Shown here: positions 1 to 13,309 of the stretch, piece after piece
Layout: every line of letters begins with the position of its first letter
Position numbering within the stretch: position 1 is the first letter of the stretch
Source of the DNA: Eledone cirrhosa
Lineage: Eukaryota
Direction: 5' to 3'
Assembly (NCBI GenBank): GCA_964016885.1
Contig: OZ024746.1
Location: forward strand, 31,434,001 to 31,498,000
DNA: 64,000 nt
Program-made: the position numbers and the translations under genes
Notes under the pieces: generated by a model
The model's database searches: none
The model's input: only the letters and a program-made list of their open reading frames with translations
Told to the model about the DNA's origin: nothing

Positions 1-655
1 AGAGTCAGTGACCCTTTTTCAGTCCTTCAAAAGGAAGAAAGTATGGTATTTTCAAATCAGAGACCTGGTCTAAATATCTATAAAGGACTGGATTCTACTA
101 AAGCCTACCATGTGTGACCAGAGAGTTTGGTTCAGACTGGACTCCACTAAAGGCTTCCATGTGTGACCAGAGGGTTTTGTTGTTAAAAGCAGGTGACAAC
201 GTATTTGGGAGGAACTTCATCCCTTCTTATCTTATCAGTATCAGAGATTCTGAAAAAAAACAAGGGTCATTGGCTCTGCATAACTCTCCCTCCTTTGAAA
301 TGAAAATCATAATTGTTGTAAAATCCTGGATTGTTTTGTAATCGTCATACATCAATTTTCTATGCTCAGATGGGGTAATCAGTTTGTTACATTCTGAGGA
401 TAGACCAGTCAGGTCTTATTCATATGTTCCATCATGGCATGATTTTTCTGGCTGGATGCCCTTCTTAACACCAACCACTTCATGGCATGTACCGGGTGTG
501 TTTTATGGCACCAGCACTACCACTTTACAGGCTGGACTAGGTGCTTTTTTAATCACACTTACACTACCACATTTCAAGACTAGAGTGCTCATTGTAGTAC
601 ATATATATTGGTGTCTGTGTTTGTACTGTAGTGTAGGTTGTTAAGTTTAAAGAAT

Positions 656-1543
656 CATCATCGTTTAACGTCTATCTTCCACACTAGCATGGGTTTAGAT
701 GGGAATTGTCCCACTTGAGGCAAGATTGGTTGTCTCGCTCGTATAGGACTGTCTGGCAGGTTTTCTACGGCTGGATGCCCTTCCTAACACCAACCACGTT
801 TACAGTGTGGACTGGGAGGTTTTTGTTGTGACACCTACACAACCTCATTTATTTAGGACTGGATGTTGTGGTACCAACATAACTTTACAGAAAAAGGGGT
901 GGTGTTGATGGGGTTGGGAGTAGAGGTAGTGGGATGGGTGTGTATATTTGGTCAAGAGGTGCCTACTGACTGTAGGTTTCGCTTTTTCGCGGGTCTTCTG
1001 TATTACTGCTTAGCAGCCAAGATCTCGGTCCAGTGACATTGTCTTGGAGAGGTGTAAGTGTGTGAGGTCGGAATTTATAAAATTGTCCCAGGTTTTTCTG
1101 GGTCTGCCTACTCCGTAACTTCCATCAATTTTGATCGCCCTGCACTTTTTTATACAGCTGTCGTCTTTCATGCGCATCACGTGACCATACCAACGTAGTC
1201 TTCTCTCGAGTAAACAGCATCTGATCCCTCTTATTCCTAATTTCTCACTTAGTTTATTTATGCTTTGCCGTTTGCGTATATTACTATTACACATCCAACG
1301 GAGCATGCAAGCTTCGTTCCTCTCCAGTCTGCGCAGATCCTCTGCACACAATGTCCATGTCTCACTGCCATGTAACATTGCTGTTCGTATGCAGGCATCA
1401 TACAGTCCGCCTTTCATTTTTAGAGAGAAACCTTCAGCGGCTAATAGTGGTATAAGCTCTCTGAACTTTTTCCATCCCGTTCTGACTCTGGCTACAGTAC
1501 TTTCAGAGCACCCTCCACCACTGCTGATTTTGTCACCCAGGTA
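656..1543 (-). mobile_element. RTE-clade LINE, 5'-truncated 3' fragment in an NCBP1 intron
   Basis: Minus ORF 1010-1417 (MLHGSETW...RRLRWYGHVMRM...GRPRKTW) is the RTE C-terminal region. It is followed by the family 3'UTR and a short (TGA)n tail at ~656-662. Confidence 0.9.
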
Positions 1544-1598
1544 AGAATATTGTGTTGTATATATTGGTGTCTGTGTGTTTCCTTAACATTATTTCCAG

Positions 1599-1663
1599 TT
1601 GGCCCAAGCAACAGAGATGCTCTTTGACAGAATAGAATCCATGAAGACGACATGTATTGTGAG
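1599..1663 (+). CDS. NCBP1: NCBP1 exon ([22 protein letters not shown])
   Basis: ttccag acceptor, gtaata donor, phase 0-2. Confidence 0.92.
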
Positions 1664-4600
1664 GTAATAACAGTATTGCTGTATATATATATATATGTAA
1701 AAAGTAAACAAAAATACACTTGCAATAATAGGAAATGAGTCTTAACTTAATATGTTGACTAAGCTCACATTTGTGCATGTGCAGATACACACACATTTGT
1801 ACACCTACATCCAATGTCACTCCCTTTACTGGTCAGTTCACCTGCACACAGGCAGCAACTCTTGAAGCCACAAGCTTCATAGCCTCACAGCTTTGTACCC
1901 TGTTAAATGAAGATGATGATGATGACATATTTCTGTGTAGCTATAAATGAAAACAAACAGAAAAGTGGTGTTAAAACTTAATGGATGTAGAAAATATTTG
2001 AATTACTGATGTTGTTGATCTGTAATTGAGCACTGACCATTACCATCACCAACACCACCACCAATGTCGTCACCAACATCACCACTGCACCACCAAAACA
2101 AACATCAACACCACCAAAACAAGCATCAACACCACCACTTCTACCATCAACAACACTACTAGCTATTCTATCAATTTGACATTTATCTTCTCATTCAGCT
2201 GACTCCTTTGAATATTCTTTGTTTTAGAGTTTGTAAATGGTTTTCCTACCATTTGAGTAATTTCCAGTTTTGTTGGACCTGGGATGATTGGGTTTCCTGT
2301 TGTACCCAAGACATTGATATGCCCAAACCAAAATTCATCCAAGAGACCTTACTAAGATGTCTTCGGTGAGTAGCAGCAACTACATTAAACTTTTTTCATA
2401 CCAAACTCTTTAAAACTGACCCCCATTCTACAATACAGAATTGTTTCAAATTTGAAATGTAGTCATCCCATCGTTGATGACTATAATAATATAGATCACT
2501 ATAAATAATAGTTGAAAAAAATCGGGTAAAGTATCTCTTGGTTTGGAAAATTGTGGACAGAGGTATCACTCTTCACTTTTTTCATCTCCAGGGGTACTTT
2601 ACTTAATTTTTGCAACTATTATTTATAGTAATTGATGACAATTATTATAGTCATCTCTGTTGGAACGACTACTTTCAAAATTTTCCCATTGCTTCTTAAA
2701 CCAACCAAATGTTTATAGAACTGTTTGTTTTAAACTTTATATTTTTCTAAGCACCTTTCCTCATAATTCTATAGAGAAACCTTTGTTATGTTGTGTTCCA
2801 AACACCAAATTAATAACCAGAAAGTTTGATATTACTAAATCCCTCCAAACTTTATTATTTTCAAAATTATAGCAGTGTCATGTATTAGAAATATGATAAA
2901 ACAGTTAACCCTTTTCAGAAATTTGCTGGCGCTATACATAACTTAGAAACCAGTTTTAAAAAAGCTGTCATGCCATCTCATCTGTCCTCCCTCTCCACCT
3001 ATCCACCATAAGTTGTAGGGCACAAAGCTGTCTCCTTTAACCATTTAACACTACCATTTTACAGAGTGTAGTGGGTACATATTATCATGGCACCAATACT
3101 ATCACTTTACAGAGTGTACTGGGTGTATTTTATCATGACACCAGCACTACCAAATTTCAGAGTATATTGAGTGTATTATATTATGGCAACAACACTACTA
3201 CTTTACAGAGTGTAGTAGGTATATTTTATTGTGACATCAACAGTAGAGAAGGTAGTCATATCCTCAACAAGCCACATGTGTGCTCTATATCCTACATTTC
3301 CAATCATTTGTCAACATAACTTCAAATCTTATGTCAATTCTTTTACTATTTTACTAGATTCAGTCTGTAACTATGGTAGAGAACCATTATAAAATGCACC
3401 TAAGCCACTTTTTAATTTGTTAGTGAAAATCACCCAGTTCACTTTTTAGAGGGGTACGTGCTAGTACCCCAATAAAATGCACCCAGTACACTCTGTAAAG
3501 TGGTTGTCATTAGGAATGTTATCCAGCCATAGAAACCATACCAGAATGGAACATGAGCAAGATATAGTTATCAGATATGACAATCCATCTAACCCATACC
3601 AGCATGGAAAATAGACTTAATAGTCTACCCACCCCAAACCACTTCTAGTTCTATGAAACAAAACCTCCATTAATATGTAACCTTTTAGGAGGCCATCTAA
3701 ATTGAAATCTGCCATCATAATTTGATGTAATAAGCTTTTGTTAAGTTATATTACAAGTACCATCTTAATGGAATAATTTTAGTAATTGCCTCCAAATACT
3801 TTATTGATTGAATTGCAGTATATATCATTAGAAATATTGTCCTGAAAGGGTTAAAATGATGCTGATGGATATTTCTTTATTTTTTCTCTCTTCAGTTTAT
3901 CTTATCACCAGAGGATTCAAGATTTCATGTCCAGTGAATTCTCTGCACTAATTCCATTGAAACCTTCAGTGAATTATAAATATGAACGAGAAGGTTCTGG
4001 TAAGTTCTGTTGTCTTTATATCATTGTTAATGAGTGTATCCTAGTGGTTGGGGCTTTTTTACTCACGACCACATAGTTGTGGATTTAAATCCTACACCAA
4101 GTGACATATTAAGGAGTGTGTCTTAGTGGTTGGGGCTGTTTGACTCACAATCACACTGTTGTGGGTTTAAATCCCGGACCAGGTGATGTTTTGCCCTCAG
4201 TAAGATGTTTTGATGCCTATTCAGCTGAAAATAAAATGGGTACCGGCAGCAGCTGAGAGTTGACCTCTGCAATGGACTGAGGCCTCAATCTTTAAAACAT
4301 CCAAGAAACCTCTTGTAATATGTAACCTCTTAGGAGGCCACCTAAATCTGCATAGGTGTGGTCTGTAACATCATATGATAGAACTGAGGCCGCTATATTT
4401 AAAACACCCAAGAAACCTATGCGATACAGCCTCATAGGAGGCCAGCTAAAGTTGCATAAGTGTGAGCTGTAACAACTTGATAGACCTGGCGCCCCCTATC
4501 CTTAAAACACCCATTTCATTTCATTATTTTATTCTTAACTGATTTGGTAGAACTGGAAGAGCCTCTAACTAAATGCCGTGGTACATTACATTGTTTTGAC

Positions 4601-7600
4601 TTCAAATCCCTTCCACGGACATATCTCACTTTCAACCTTCTGTGAGTCAATAAAATGAGTACCAGTCATGTACTGAGGTGATTTCGTCCCCCAAAACAAA
4701 AATATTTTATGTCCATTTTTCCATGTTTACATGTCATCTCCAGCACAATCTTCCTTCATATCTTACTTTCCTTTGTCATCTCCTCCCTGAAGTTCAGAGT
4801 TCTAAGATCAGTTTTCACCACTTCTGCCCACATCTTCCTTAGTCTTCCACTGAGAACTGTTCCTTCCTCACCCAATAATCGTCATTCATACACATCACAT
4901 ATTCACACCAAGGCTATCTTTTCTCTTGTACACTACATCTGGTTCCTCTTACATGTAGTTTTTCTCTCAGCTCATCCATGCTTTGTTGTTCATGCATGTT
5001 ATATCTTTACTTTAATCCTTTTGATACCAACCCAACCAAACTATTTTAAAGGGTTCCTATTTAAATTAAAATCTTCAAACATTTATATATGAATCACATG
5101 TTAAGTTACTATCTAGGTAATAAAATAATTAATAATTCTTGTAAAATTCAAAATTTTTCATTAATCAATTCAAATAGAGAGTGGATCTCATTAGAAATAC
5201 ATTCATAAAAGACTTAACATTTGTTAAAAATGTTTCTTAACACTTTTATTACCATATTTCTAACAAAAGATGTTATCTATGATTTTCAAATCATTTTGAA
5301 AATAATCAAGAATTTGGAGGTATTTTGTAATCTAACTTTCTTGTTATTAAAATGGTGTTTGGAACATATCTTAACAAAGGTTCTTACATAAAATTATGTT
5401 GGAAGATTTTTAGATAAATATAAACACTAAAATAAACAGTTGAATCCTAGAACCAGGGGTGGTTTCATGTGTCTTGGTGTCAAAAGGTTTACATTTTTTG
5501 AAAACAAAATAGTTTTGCAAATACTGCAAGTTTTCCATTTCTTAAAACTGTCTCCTATTTTTAAGGATCGTTACCTGGCACTGTGGTTGCTCACCAACTA
5601 AAAGACGCCCTCAAGAACAGGTGCACAACAGATGAAGCCCTGGAAATTCTTAAAGATCTTCCTAATCCATTACAAGATGAAGAAAGTAAGTTATATTTCC
5701 CATAAGTCTCAACTTTCTATGTTATTTAACTCATCATAATTTTTAATGTCCACCAGTTTTCCCTGGTAGCAAGGATTGGACAAGTCGTTAGCAAGCCACG
5801 TTGGTATTCAAAGCTGAGTTACTAACCCCATGGATAAGCCAGGAACCTGCATCTTGCTTACATACATTCTGCATTCTACCGAGTTCTCAGATGAGCCAGT
5901 TGCCTGCATCTCACATACATTTTTGCACTCTTCCAAGTGTTCAGATGAGCAGGCAACCAGCAATACAGTTACATATGACACCCAAACTATGTCCTTCCAA
6001 CTCTTTGTTTGGCAAGTTTTTTACTGCTGGATACTTTTTCTATCACCAACCACTTTATGGAGTGTACTGGATGCATTTTTTGTGGCACTAACACTAAAGA
6101 GGTTGTTGGTCATTGACTCAGCTGTAGAGCCCCCTCTTAACTCTACAGGGAAAAGTGGTAGGACTATATGCACTAACTATATATTCAGAAGTAGGAGGTA
6201 ATTTCTGCTATCTAGATTACCTCATTAGTAGGGATGGTTGAAGGTGGCTGCACCGAAAGTGATATAGCCAGAGAAAGAAGAGGTTTGAAGACGTTTAGGA
6301 AGTTGTTAACTCTGCTGGCAACAAAAAGCTTCTCTCTCAGAGTGAAGAGTAATTTATAGAATGTTTGTGAACAACTGCTATGCTGTATTTTCTAGTGTAT
6401 ATATCAATATACATTATATTTAAAGTATATATCAATAAAAGGGAAACCACATTTTTCACATGCAAATGATAGAAACTGACAGTGATATATTTGATTCTAC
6501 AGAATATTCAATTCAACAATATTTATTCGTGTCAGGACACACACTGGCATTGATTTAAAATGCTCAAAATTTGCCGTACAGTATGCTGGGTCCTATTCAA
6601 CACAGTTGAGGACCCAAGGAAAAGAAGTTATGTAATTATATATATATAAATGTGTGAATTAAAATATGGTAGTGATTGAAAATTTTGAAAATAGAATTAG
6701 AAGCTTTCACCATAAATTGACTATAGAAAATAGTCTAATATTATGGCATGTGAACCATCATAATTGAAAGAATGGACATTAGTGTGCATGAAAATTGAAC
6801 CCACGCCTCTTATTTTCACAAAAATTTACCCCTGATTCAGAATCACAGACCTGAGATATATCATTGTTTTTATGTATCATATTTCTATGGTGAAATTATG
6901 GCTTTAATACTTTTTTCTCTTTTTCAGATGAACCCACACACAATCCCTTAAAAATTGATGTTTTTGTTTCAACAATTTTATACTTGGGGTCCAAGTCTTT
7001 TAGCCATTCCTTTTCTGCAATTGCAAAGTAAATAGCTTTATTATTATCATGATCATCATTATTGTTGTTTGATGTGTGCATCTGCTTTACAAAAGGTACA
7101 CAGTATCCGTGTGTATCTGATTTACAATAGATACACTCTATCTCCGTGTGTATCTGGTCTACAGTAGGTACACTGTATCCCTGTATTTATCTGGTTTACA
7201 ATACTACACTATATCTGCATGTATTCAGTTTACAATAGGTACTCTGTGTTCCTGTGTATATTTAGTTTACAATAGGTACACCATATCCCTATGTGTAACT
7301 GGTTTGCAATAGATCCACTATATCCCTGTATGTATCTGGTTCAGAATAAGCACACTGTGTCACTGTGTGTATCTAGTTTACAATAGGTACACCATAACCC
7401 TGTGTGCATCTGGTTTACAAAAGGTGCACTGTATCATTATTGCCGATAGCTAGGTGGACTGTAGTCTGGTACCTAGCCAGTAAGGTGGACTGGTCTGACA
7501 CTGAACCTCGTTCATCTGGCTATCCAATATCTTCTTATCTCATACTTTCCAGAGATATGAATTTAAATAATTTCTATTAAATAATTTCCCTTTTCTAGAT

Positions 7601-10600
7601 TTCATTATATATTTAAAACTCTGGTAGAAAATGAAGAGGGTCAGATATGTCTGCTAAAAACTGTCTATGATTTATGGAGAACACATCAACAGGTACGTGA
7701 CTTTTAAAGTTTTTATATTCTCTCTGGTTTCCAAATTAGTTGGGTGTCTTTCTAGTCTTGGAACTGTAACTGACTGACAGTATCTGCATCAGACATCTGT
7801 AATTGCTGTGCATGGATAGCCTCTCTTCATGATGTGGTATGCCAGCTTAACTTATCCTGGATAAACACCAAAACAAGTGGATGTAATTTAACCTTTTTAA
7901 ACTCACCCAGCCAAAACTGCCATTTTAAATTAAAATCTTCTAATATATAAAGAACTCTATGTTAAGTTACTATCCTAGTAATGAAATAATTTTAGTAAAT
8001 CTCTCAAAATTCTTTGTTAATTGAAATAGTGTATTTCATTACATATATGGTCATGAAAGGGTTAAACTATCAAATAACTATACTCTTTAGTTCTCTCTCT
8101 TTCCTCTCCTCCATCTTTCATTCTAATATTTCTGTTATTGCAGATGTTGGTAGTTTTGATAGATAAGCTGCTGAAGACACAGATAATAGAATGTTCAGCT
8201 GTGGCTAATTGGCTGTTTTCTGACGAGATGAGCCATGCTTTTACAAGGTAATTCGTCTATTTTTTCCTCTTTTATTGGTTTCAATCATTAGATTGTGGCC
8301 ATACTTGGGTATTGCCTTGAACGGATTTAGTCAATCATATCGATTCCAGACTAAAGTCTGATACTAAATTTAACAATATCTTTTTGTCAAACACTTACAG
8401 AACACAAATGTGCGCGCGTTTGTGTGCACGCGCACGCACACACACACACAGTCTGAATTGCACCCACCATGCTTTTTGATGTGCAGGAACATATGTAAAA
8501 GACATGCAGGCCTCCATCCTGTTTGAGATATCAGTAGCTCTGATTAAGTACTGATTTGACCAGTGATAATCTGTCCAACTCCTGCTAGCAGGGTAAACGG
8601 ACATTATTGATGATGATGGACTTCCATACAGTTTCCATCTACCAAAATTCACTCAAGGCATTGGTTAATTTGAGGCTATGGTAGAAAACACTTGCCTAAG
8701 GGACGAAGCAATGGGATTGAGTCCCAAACTATATAGTTATGAAGTGATCTCCTTAACTATATAATCATGTGTGTGCCTTTTGATGGATGTACATGGTTAA
8801 TGTGCATGAATGATGAACTGGGTATAAGAGGAATCAAATGTAGTATGTAAAAGAAAAAACTGCACTGGTATGGTCGTGTGAGGTGTAAGGATGATTGCTG
8901 AGTGAAGAAATGCCAAGAAATCCCAGTAGAAAGAAGCTACAGTAAAGGAAGGCCTGGGCAGAGGGGATGACAAAGGAACGCAATGAGTGGATGGGTGTTG
9001 TGCTGCAAAAGATCTGTCCAACCCATAGAAGCATGGAAAAGTGGACGTAAAATGATGATACACACGCACGCACGTTTCACATCAGGATTGTAACATTTGT
9101 TCAATTCCAACAGTAAATTTCTGATATTTTAATTCCCATAGATATATTTAACTTTCTGCTAAATTTAATAATGTCCATTATCTTTGCTAGCAAGGATTGG
9201 ATAGTTTATCACATCAATCAGAATTATTGATCTTTTAGATGAGCTGGGGGCTGCATCTCACTTACATACTTCTCATACACACACACACACTATCTTTCTC
9301 TCTGCAGAGAGCCTCAAGTGAATTTTAGTGGCACCAAAACTAAGGCAGTTGTCTTGTCTCTGACATAATGGAAGTGCCATCTCTACCTCATTACCAAACA
9401 CTTTATGGTGTATTTGGTGAGTTTATTATGTAGTTCACCAACACTAGACAGCTTGTCAACCCTTTCTTTGGCATGGTTTGTATACAGTGTACTGGATATG
9501 TTTTATTGTGATAGCAGCACTAAGGAGGTTGTCAATCACTGACTCCACTGAAGAGCCCTCTCTACCCTATAAAGGACATGTTTTGAATTATTTTTGTTTT
9601 GTTTATTGTAGTTTTTTTGTGTGGGAAATCATGCACAGTACAATCAAGAAGATGATGAAACATGTTACCAAATTACAGAAAGAAGTTGAAGAAGCCAGAG
9701 ACAAACACGAAGCAGCTCAGCAAAAGGTTGGCAAATATTTTCTTTACCATATTTCTAATGAAAGACACTGCCTATGTCATTAATCCTTTCATTACCATAT
9801 TTCTAATGAAAGACACTACCTATGTCATTAATCCTTTCATCACTATATTTCTAATGAAGGACACTGCCTATGTCATTAACCTTTTCGTTGCCATATTTCT
9901 AATGAAAGATACTGCCTATGTCAGTAACTCTTTCATTACCACATTTCTAATAAAATATACTGCCTATGTCATTAATTCTTTCATTCTGCTGTATGTGGGA
10001 TGGAACCAGCATGGGTTCAACAGAAAGGTGAAATAACAACCCCATTCCAGCCAACGTTTCCCACTCCCTCCCAACTCCTGTCAACTTTCGCCACTTCAGT
10101 CTTCCTCAACACCAAAGGGCCCATCTATTCACATTCTTTTCCCTTCTTCCCCTCAAAAAGAAAGAAAGTGTTCTCCCATATTATGCTTCCTCTTTCTTCC
10201 ACATCCCCTAATTCACCTTCCTTGTCAAACTCATGTCAACATGGAAGAAAGATGTTCCCTTCTCCCACCCACATCCCCTAATTCACCTTCCTTGTGTAAC
10301 CCCTGCCAGCTTAGAAAGCCAAGCACACCTCACAATGTACCACTAGAAGCAACACACTTTATTCTAGGCCACCATGATTCCAGGTGGTTTAATAGTCAAG
10401 TGTTTGTGTGAAGAGTGTAGTAATAACAGTTACATATTTATTATAGTCTTATTGTATTCATTGTATCATATGTATAGTAGCAGTAATGGTGGTGTAGTAG
10501 TAGCAGTAACAGTTATGTATCATTCTATTCTATATCTCTATGCTATATCGCCATATCTATAGTATATTCTCTGTATATTTATATGCTATATAGTATTCTA

Positions 10601-12845
10601 TATATCTATGGTGTATTTTCTATATATCTATATACTATATCTCAATGCTGAATGTTATATCTCCATCCTATATGCTATATCTCTATGCATCACCAGGCAG
10701 ATGAACTAGATCCTGACAGAGATGATGAAACTCCAAATGCTGAAATGATTGAAAGGATGGTGGAGAAATTGGAAGCTGCTCAGAGTCAACAGAAGAATTT
10801 ATTTCTTATTTTATTTCAGGTAAATAATTGTTTACATATATAAATATACATACCTTAACCTTTATCATTGTCATCGTCTTACATGTGTGTCTGTGTATAT
10901 ACTTGAATGTAAGACCCACCCTCCCACCCCCTCTTATTTTATGTTTGAGTAATGGGCAAAAATCCAAACCCTGATTTATAAGCTGAGGTAGCTAATCAAC
11001 ACATTATGTTTAGATTGCATGGTTTTGAAATTCTCATGTGTATAAAATATATTTATGAAATGTTAATGATGAATGAAATGTTTAAAGTGTCGTTTAGAGT
11101 ATAGTTTTTGTTTCCCTCCATTATGTAATAAGTTTCAACAAGTCTTTTAAATTTTTGTTTACTTCTGGCCACTCACATGCCAGGAGTATTATAAAAGCAA
11201 AAGATTGAATTAGAAAACTTTGTATAGGGATTCATAGAGTAGAAGAGGGAGGGAGTGACAGCAAGTGATAGCGAGAAAGGAAAAAGAGCATGAACAATAA
11301 AATATAATCAGAAGTAAGATTGAAAGGAAAAAGTATTTTCAGAGAAAAATGTGCATTTATATGTGCATGCATGTATGTGTATGGGATATATTTATCTATT
11401 AAAACGTTCAAATTATAAAAAATTGTTGGAAATATTTTCAAAGGACAACAATGTAGTAAATGTAGAAAAACAGTGTTTCATTGTAACAGTATTGACCCTG
11501 TATATATATATATGTGTGTATGTGCGTAATGTTTCCTAATATGGTTATTTCTCTCCCATTTCTAATTTCAGCGTTTTATTATTTTATTAACTGAACATTT
11601 TGCCCGTTGTGAAGCTGAAGGTATTGACTGGAACACTTCCACCTATAAATGGGTAATTGAGAGACTTCAAGAAGTATTTCTTACTGTAAGTTCTTTTTTC
11701 TTCCTCCTCCTCCTCTTTCTCCTTGTTTTCTTCTACTTTCTCCTCGTCCCCTCCCCCAGTTCTATACTGCTGTTGACATAATGCATTTCTGTATAATTGT
11801 TGTTATAGCTCACCCTTATGTAGGTTTAGCTGGCCTCCTCTTGAGATTTTATCTCATTGTAGTTTTTTTCCTTTCATGAAAATAGTCCTCTCTTGGATAG
11901 GACACCAGTCAATCACAGGATTAACTTCCTGCTGCTGCTATTAGTGGAACTTATTTGGAGCAACATGAAATTAAATATCTCAAGGAGACAGCGTTCTGCC
12001 TTATTCAGGAATTGACCTCATCACTATTAGATTATACACTTTCACTATAGTTCATTGTAGCTAGTGTTTGTGTTTCATAGATCAGTCCATCCCAATGTCG
12101 GGGTCTAAAGACTTATTAGGCTTATTCCAGTTTCCATGGTGTTAACCGACTAAGAGTACATGACTTTCCCATCCTTGGACAGGATGCTAGTCCTCACATG
12201 GTTAAACCCCCAGCTATTACTGATTCTCATTTTCAGCTGAGTATATTGTAGCAATGTGAAATGAAGTGCTTTCCTCAAGAACACAGCAGACAACCCAGTC
12301 CAGGAATCAAACCCCAATATTGTGATCATATGTCCAACCTGCATTATAATTCAAACTAACAAGTAAAATTATTTTATTTTATATCCCAGCTCAAGGATCA
12401 TTATTTGCTGGTTATTGCAATTTTTCCTGCAACAAATTGAAACTTTGCAATTGTACATTTAAAAATAAATCCACAAATTTTAAATGTATTAATAATCATG
12501 TTGGAAAAGTCCATCATATTAAAATAATGACATAACAAATTTTGTTTACCAAACTGGGGTCAGAAGTCAACAAATTTCATTTACCAAACCTGGTTAGGGG
12601 TCAAAACAAATTTCTTTTAAAGAAAGGGAGCCACTATTTAGAAAGTTTCAGAAGGCCTGATACAAATTATGTTGATCTACATTTTATGTAATATAATATA
12701 TTTTTCTTTCTTTCTCTTCTGGTCATTTCAGCACCATGAATTGGTATTCACCTACATCAGTACATTGGAGAATCTGTTGTTTACCAGTGATATTGATGTC
12801 CACATTCTGGAAGTATTTCAACAGTTTTGTGCACTTCGTTCTTAG
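1599..12845 (+). CDS. NCBP1: Nuclear cap-binding protein subunit 1 (CBP80), 3' portion with 11 coding exons; 5' exons lie upstream of the window
   Basis: Joined exons 1599-1663, 2228-2365, 3896-3999, 5566-5685, 6928-7027, 7599-7692, 8144-8247, 9612-9726, 10697-10819, 11572-11685 and 12732-12845 are all AG/GT bounded and phase-consistent. They read [12 protein letters not shown]...[11 protein letters not shown]...LSYHQRI...NPLKIDVFV...[13 protein letters not shown]...[13 protein letters not shown]...[12 protein letters not shown]...[26 protein letters not shown], recognisably the CBP80 C-terminal half. Confidence 0.96.
2228..2365 (+). CDS. NCBP1: NCBP1 exon ([21 protein letters not shown]...[15 protein letters not shown])
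   Basis: ttttag acceptor, gtgagt donor, phase 2-2. Confidence 0.95.
3896..3999 (+). CDS. NCBP1: NCBP1 exon ([11 protein letters not shown]...NYKYEREGS)
   Basis: Polypyrimidine tract + ttcag, gtaagt donor, phase 2-1. Confidence 0.95.
5237..5492 (+). mobile_element. piggyBac-like non-autonomous MITE, decayed copy
   Basis: Ends resemble TTAA-CCCTTT...AAAGGG-TTAA. The body is shared with copies at ~13915-14135, 32919-33170, 44833-45013, 51638-51850 and 63320-63655. Confidence 0.6.
5566..5685 (+). CDS. NCBP1: NCBP1 exon ([16 protein letters not shown]...[12 protein letters not shown])
   Basis: tttaag acceptor, gtaagt donor, phase 1-1. Confidence 0.93.
6928..7027 (+). CDS. NCBP1: NCBP1 exon ([33 protein letters not shown])
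   Basis: ttttcag acceptor, gtaaat donor, phase 1-2. Confidence 0.95.
7070..7435. repeat. ~37-bp minisatellite (tgtgtatctagtttacaataggtacactgtatccctg)
   Basis: About 10 diverged tandem units; the same family occurs at 43755-44470. Confidence 0.85.
7599..7692 (+). CDS. NCBP1: NCBP1 exon ([31 protein letters not shown])
   Basis: ttctag acceptor, gtacgt donor, phase 2-0. Confidence 0.95.
7888..8065. mobile_element. piggyBac-like MITE, second subfamily (related copy at ~5011-5218)
   Basis: ttaa-cctttt ... gaaaggg-ttaa termini. Confidence 0.6.
8144..8247 (+). CDS. NCBP1: NCBP1 exon ([34 protein letters not shown])
   Basis: ttgcag acceptor, gtaatt donor, phase 0-2. Confidence 0.95.
9612..9726 (+). 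CDS. NCBP1: NCBP1 exon ([38 protein letters not shown])
   Basis: ttgtag acceptor, gttggc donor, phase 2-0. Confidence 0.95.
9742..9986 (+). repeat. 48-bp minisatellite derived from a MITE terminus
   Basis: Five units of ttaccatatttctaatgaaagacactgcctatgtcattaatcctttca. Confidence 0.9.
10697..10819 (+). CDS. NCBP1: NCBP1 exon ([41 protein letters not shown])
   Basis: caccag acceptor, gtaaat donor, phase 0-0. Confidence 0.93.
11572..11685 (+). CDS. NCBP1: NCBP1 exon ([17 protein letters not shown]...[10 protein letters not shown])
   Basis: tttcag acceptor, gtaagt donor, phase 0-0. Confidence 0.95.
12732..12845 (+). CDS. NCBP1: NCBP1 last coding exon ([18 protein letters not shown]...FQQFCALRS*)
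   Basis: tttcag acceptor, TAG stop at 12843-12845. Confidence 0.95.
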   Translation, partial: HHELVFTYISTLENLLFTSDIDVHILEVFQQFCALRS

Positions 12846-13303
12846 AACAGATTCAACCCACCAGCACCACTATCACCATGTTGGTACATGGAAGGTTCCA
12901 GATTACAAGTATCAGTTCCCTCCTCTTTCACGATACCAACTTCATCCCTCCATTATTACTTTCTTTTTTTTGTTCCTTCCTTTCTTCCTCCTCAATGAAG
13001 TGGCAAGTGTGACTTCTTAGAATTTCAGTTTCTCATTTTTCTCCCTCTCCCTCCTCTAGACATTCAGTTGGTTTCCCCCTCCTCCAGACATTCTGTTGGT
13101 TTTCTCTCCCTCCTCCTCCTACATATATTCTCTTGGTCTTTCCCCCCTTCTCCTCCAGATATTCTCTTTCTCCCCATCCCCCTCCTCCAGACATTCTCTT
13201 GGTCTTTCTCCTCATTCAGATGTTCTTTTAGTCTTTTCCTCCTGTCCTTCTCCAAACATTTTCTTGGTTCTCCTCTCCACCTTCCTGTCTCTCCATCATG
13301 TCC

Positions 13304-13309
13304 AATAAA
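13304..13309 (+). terminator. Candidate NCBP1 polyadenylation signal AATAAA
   Basis: First AATAAA I found after the stop codon, ~460 nt downstream. Confidence 0.5.
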
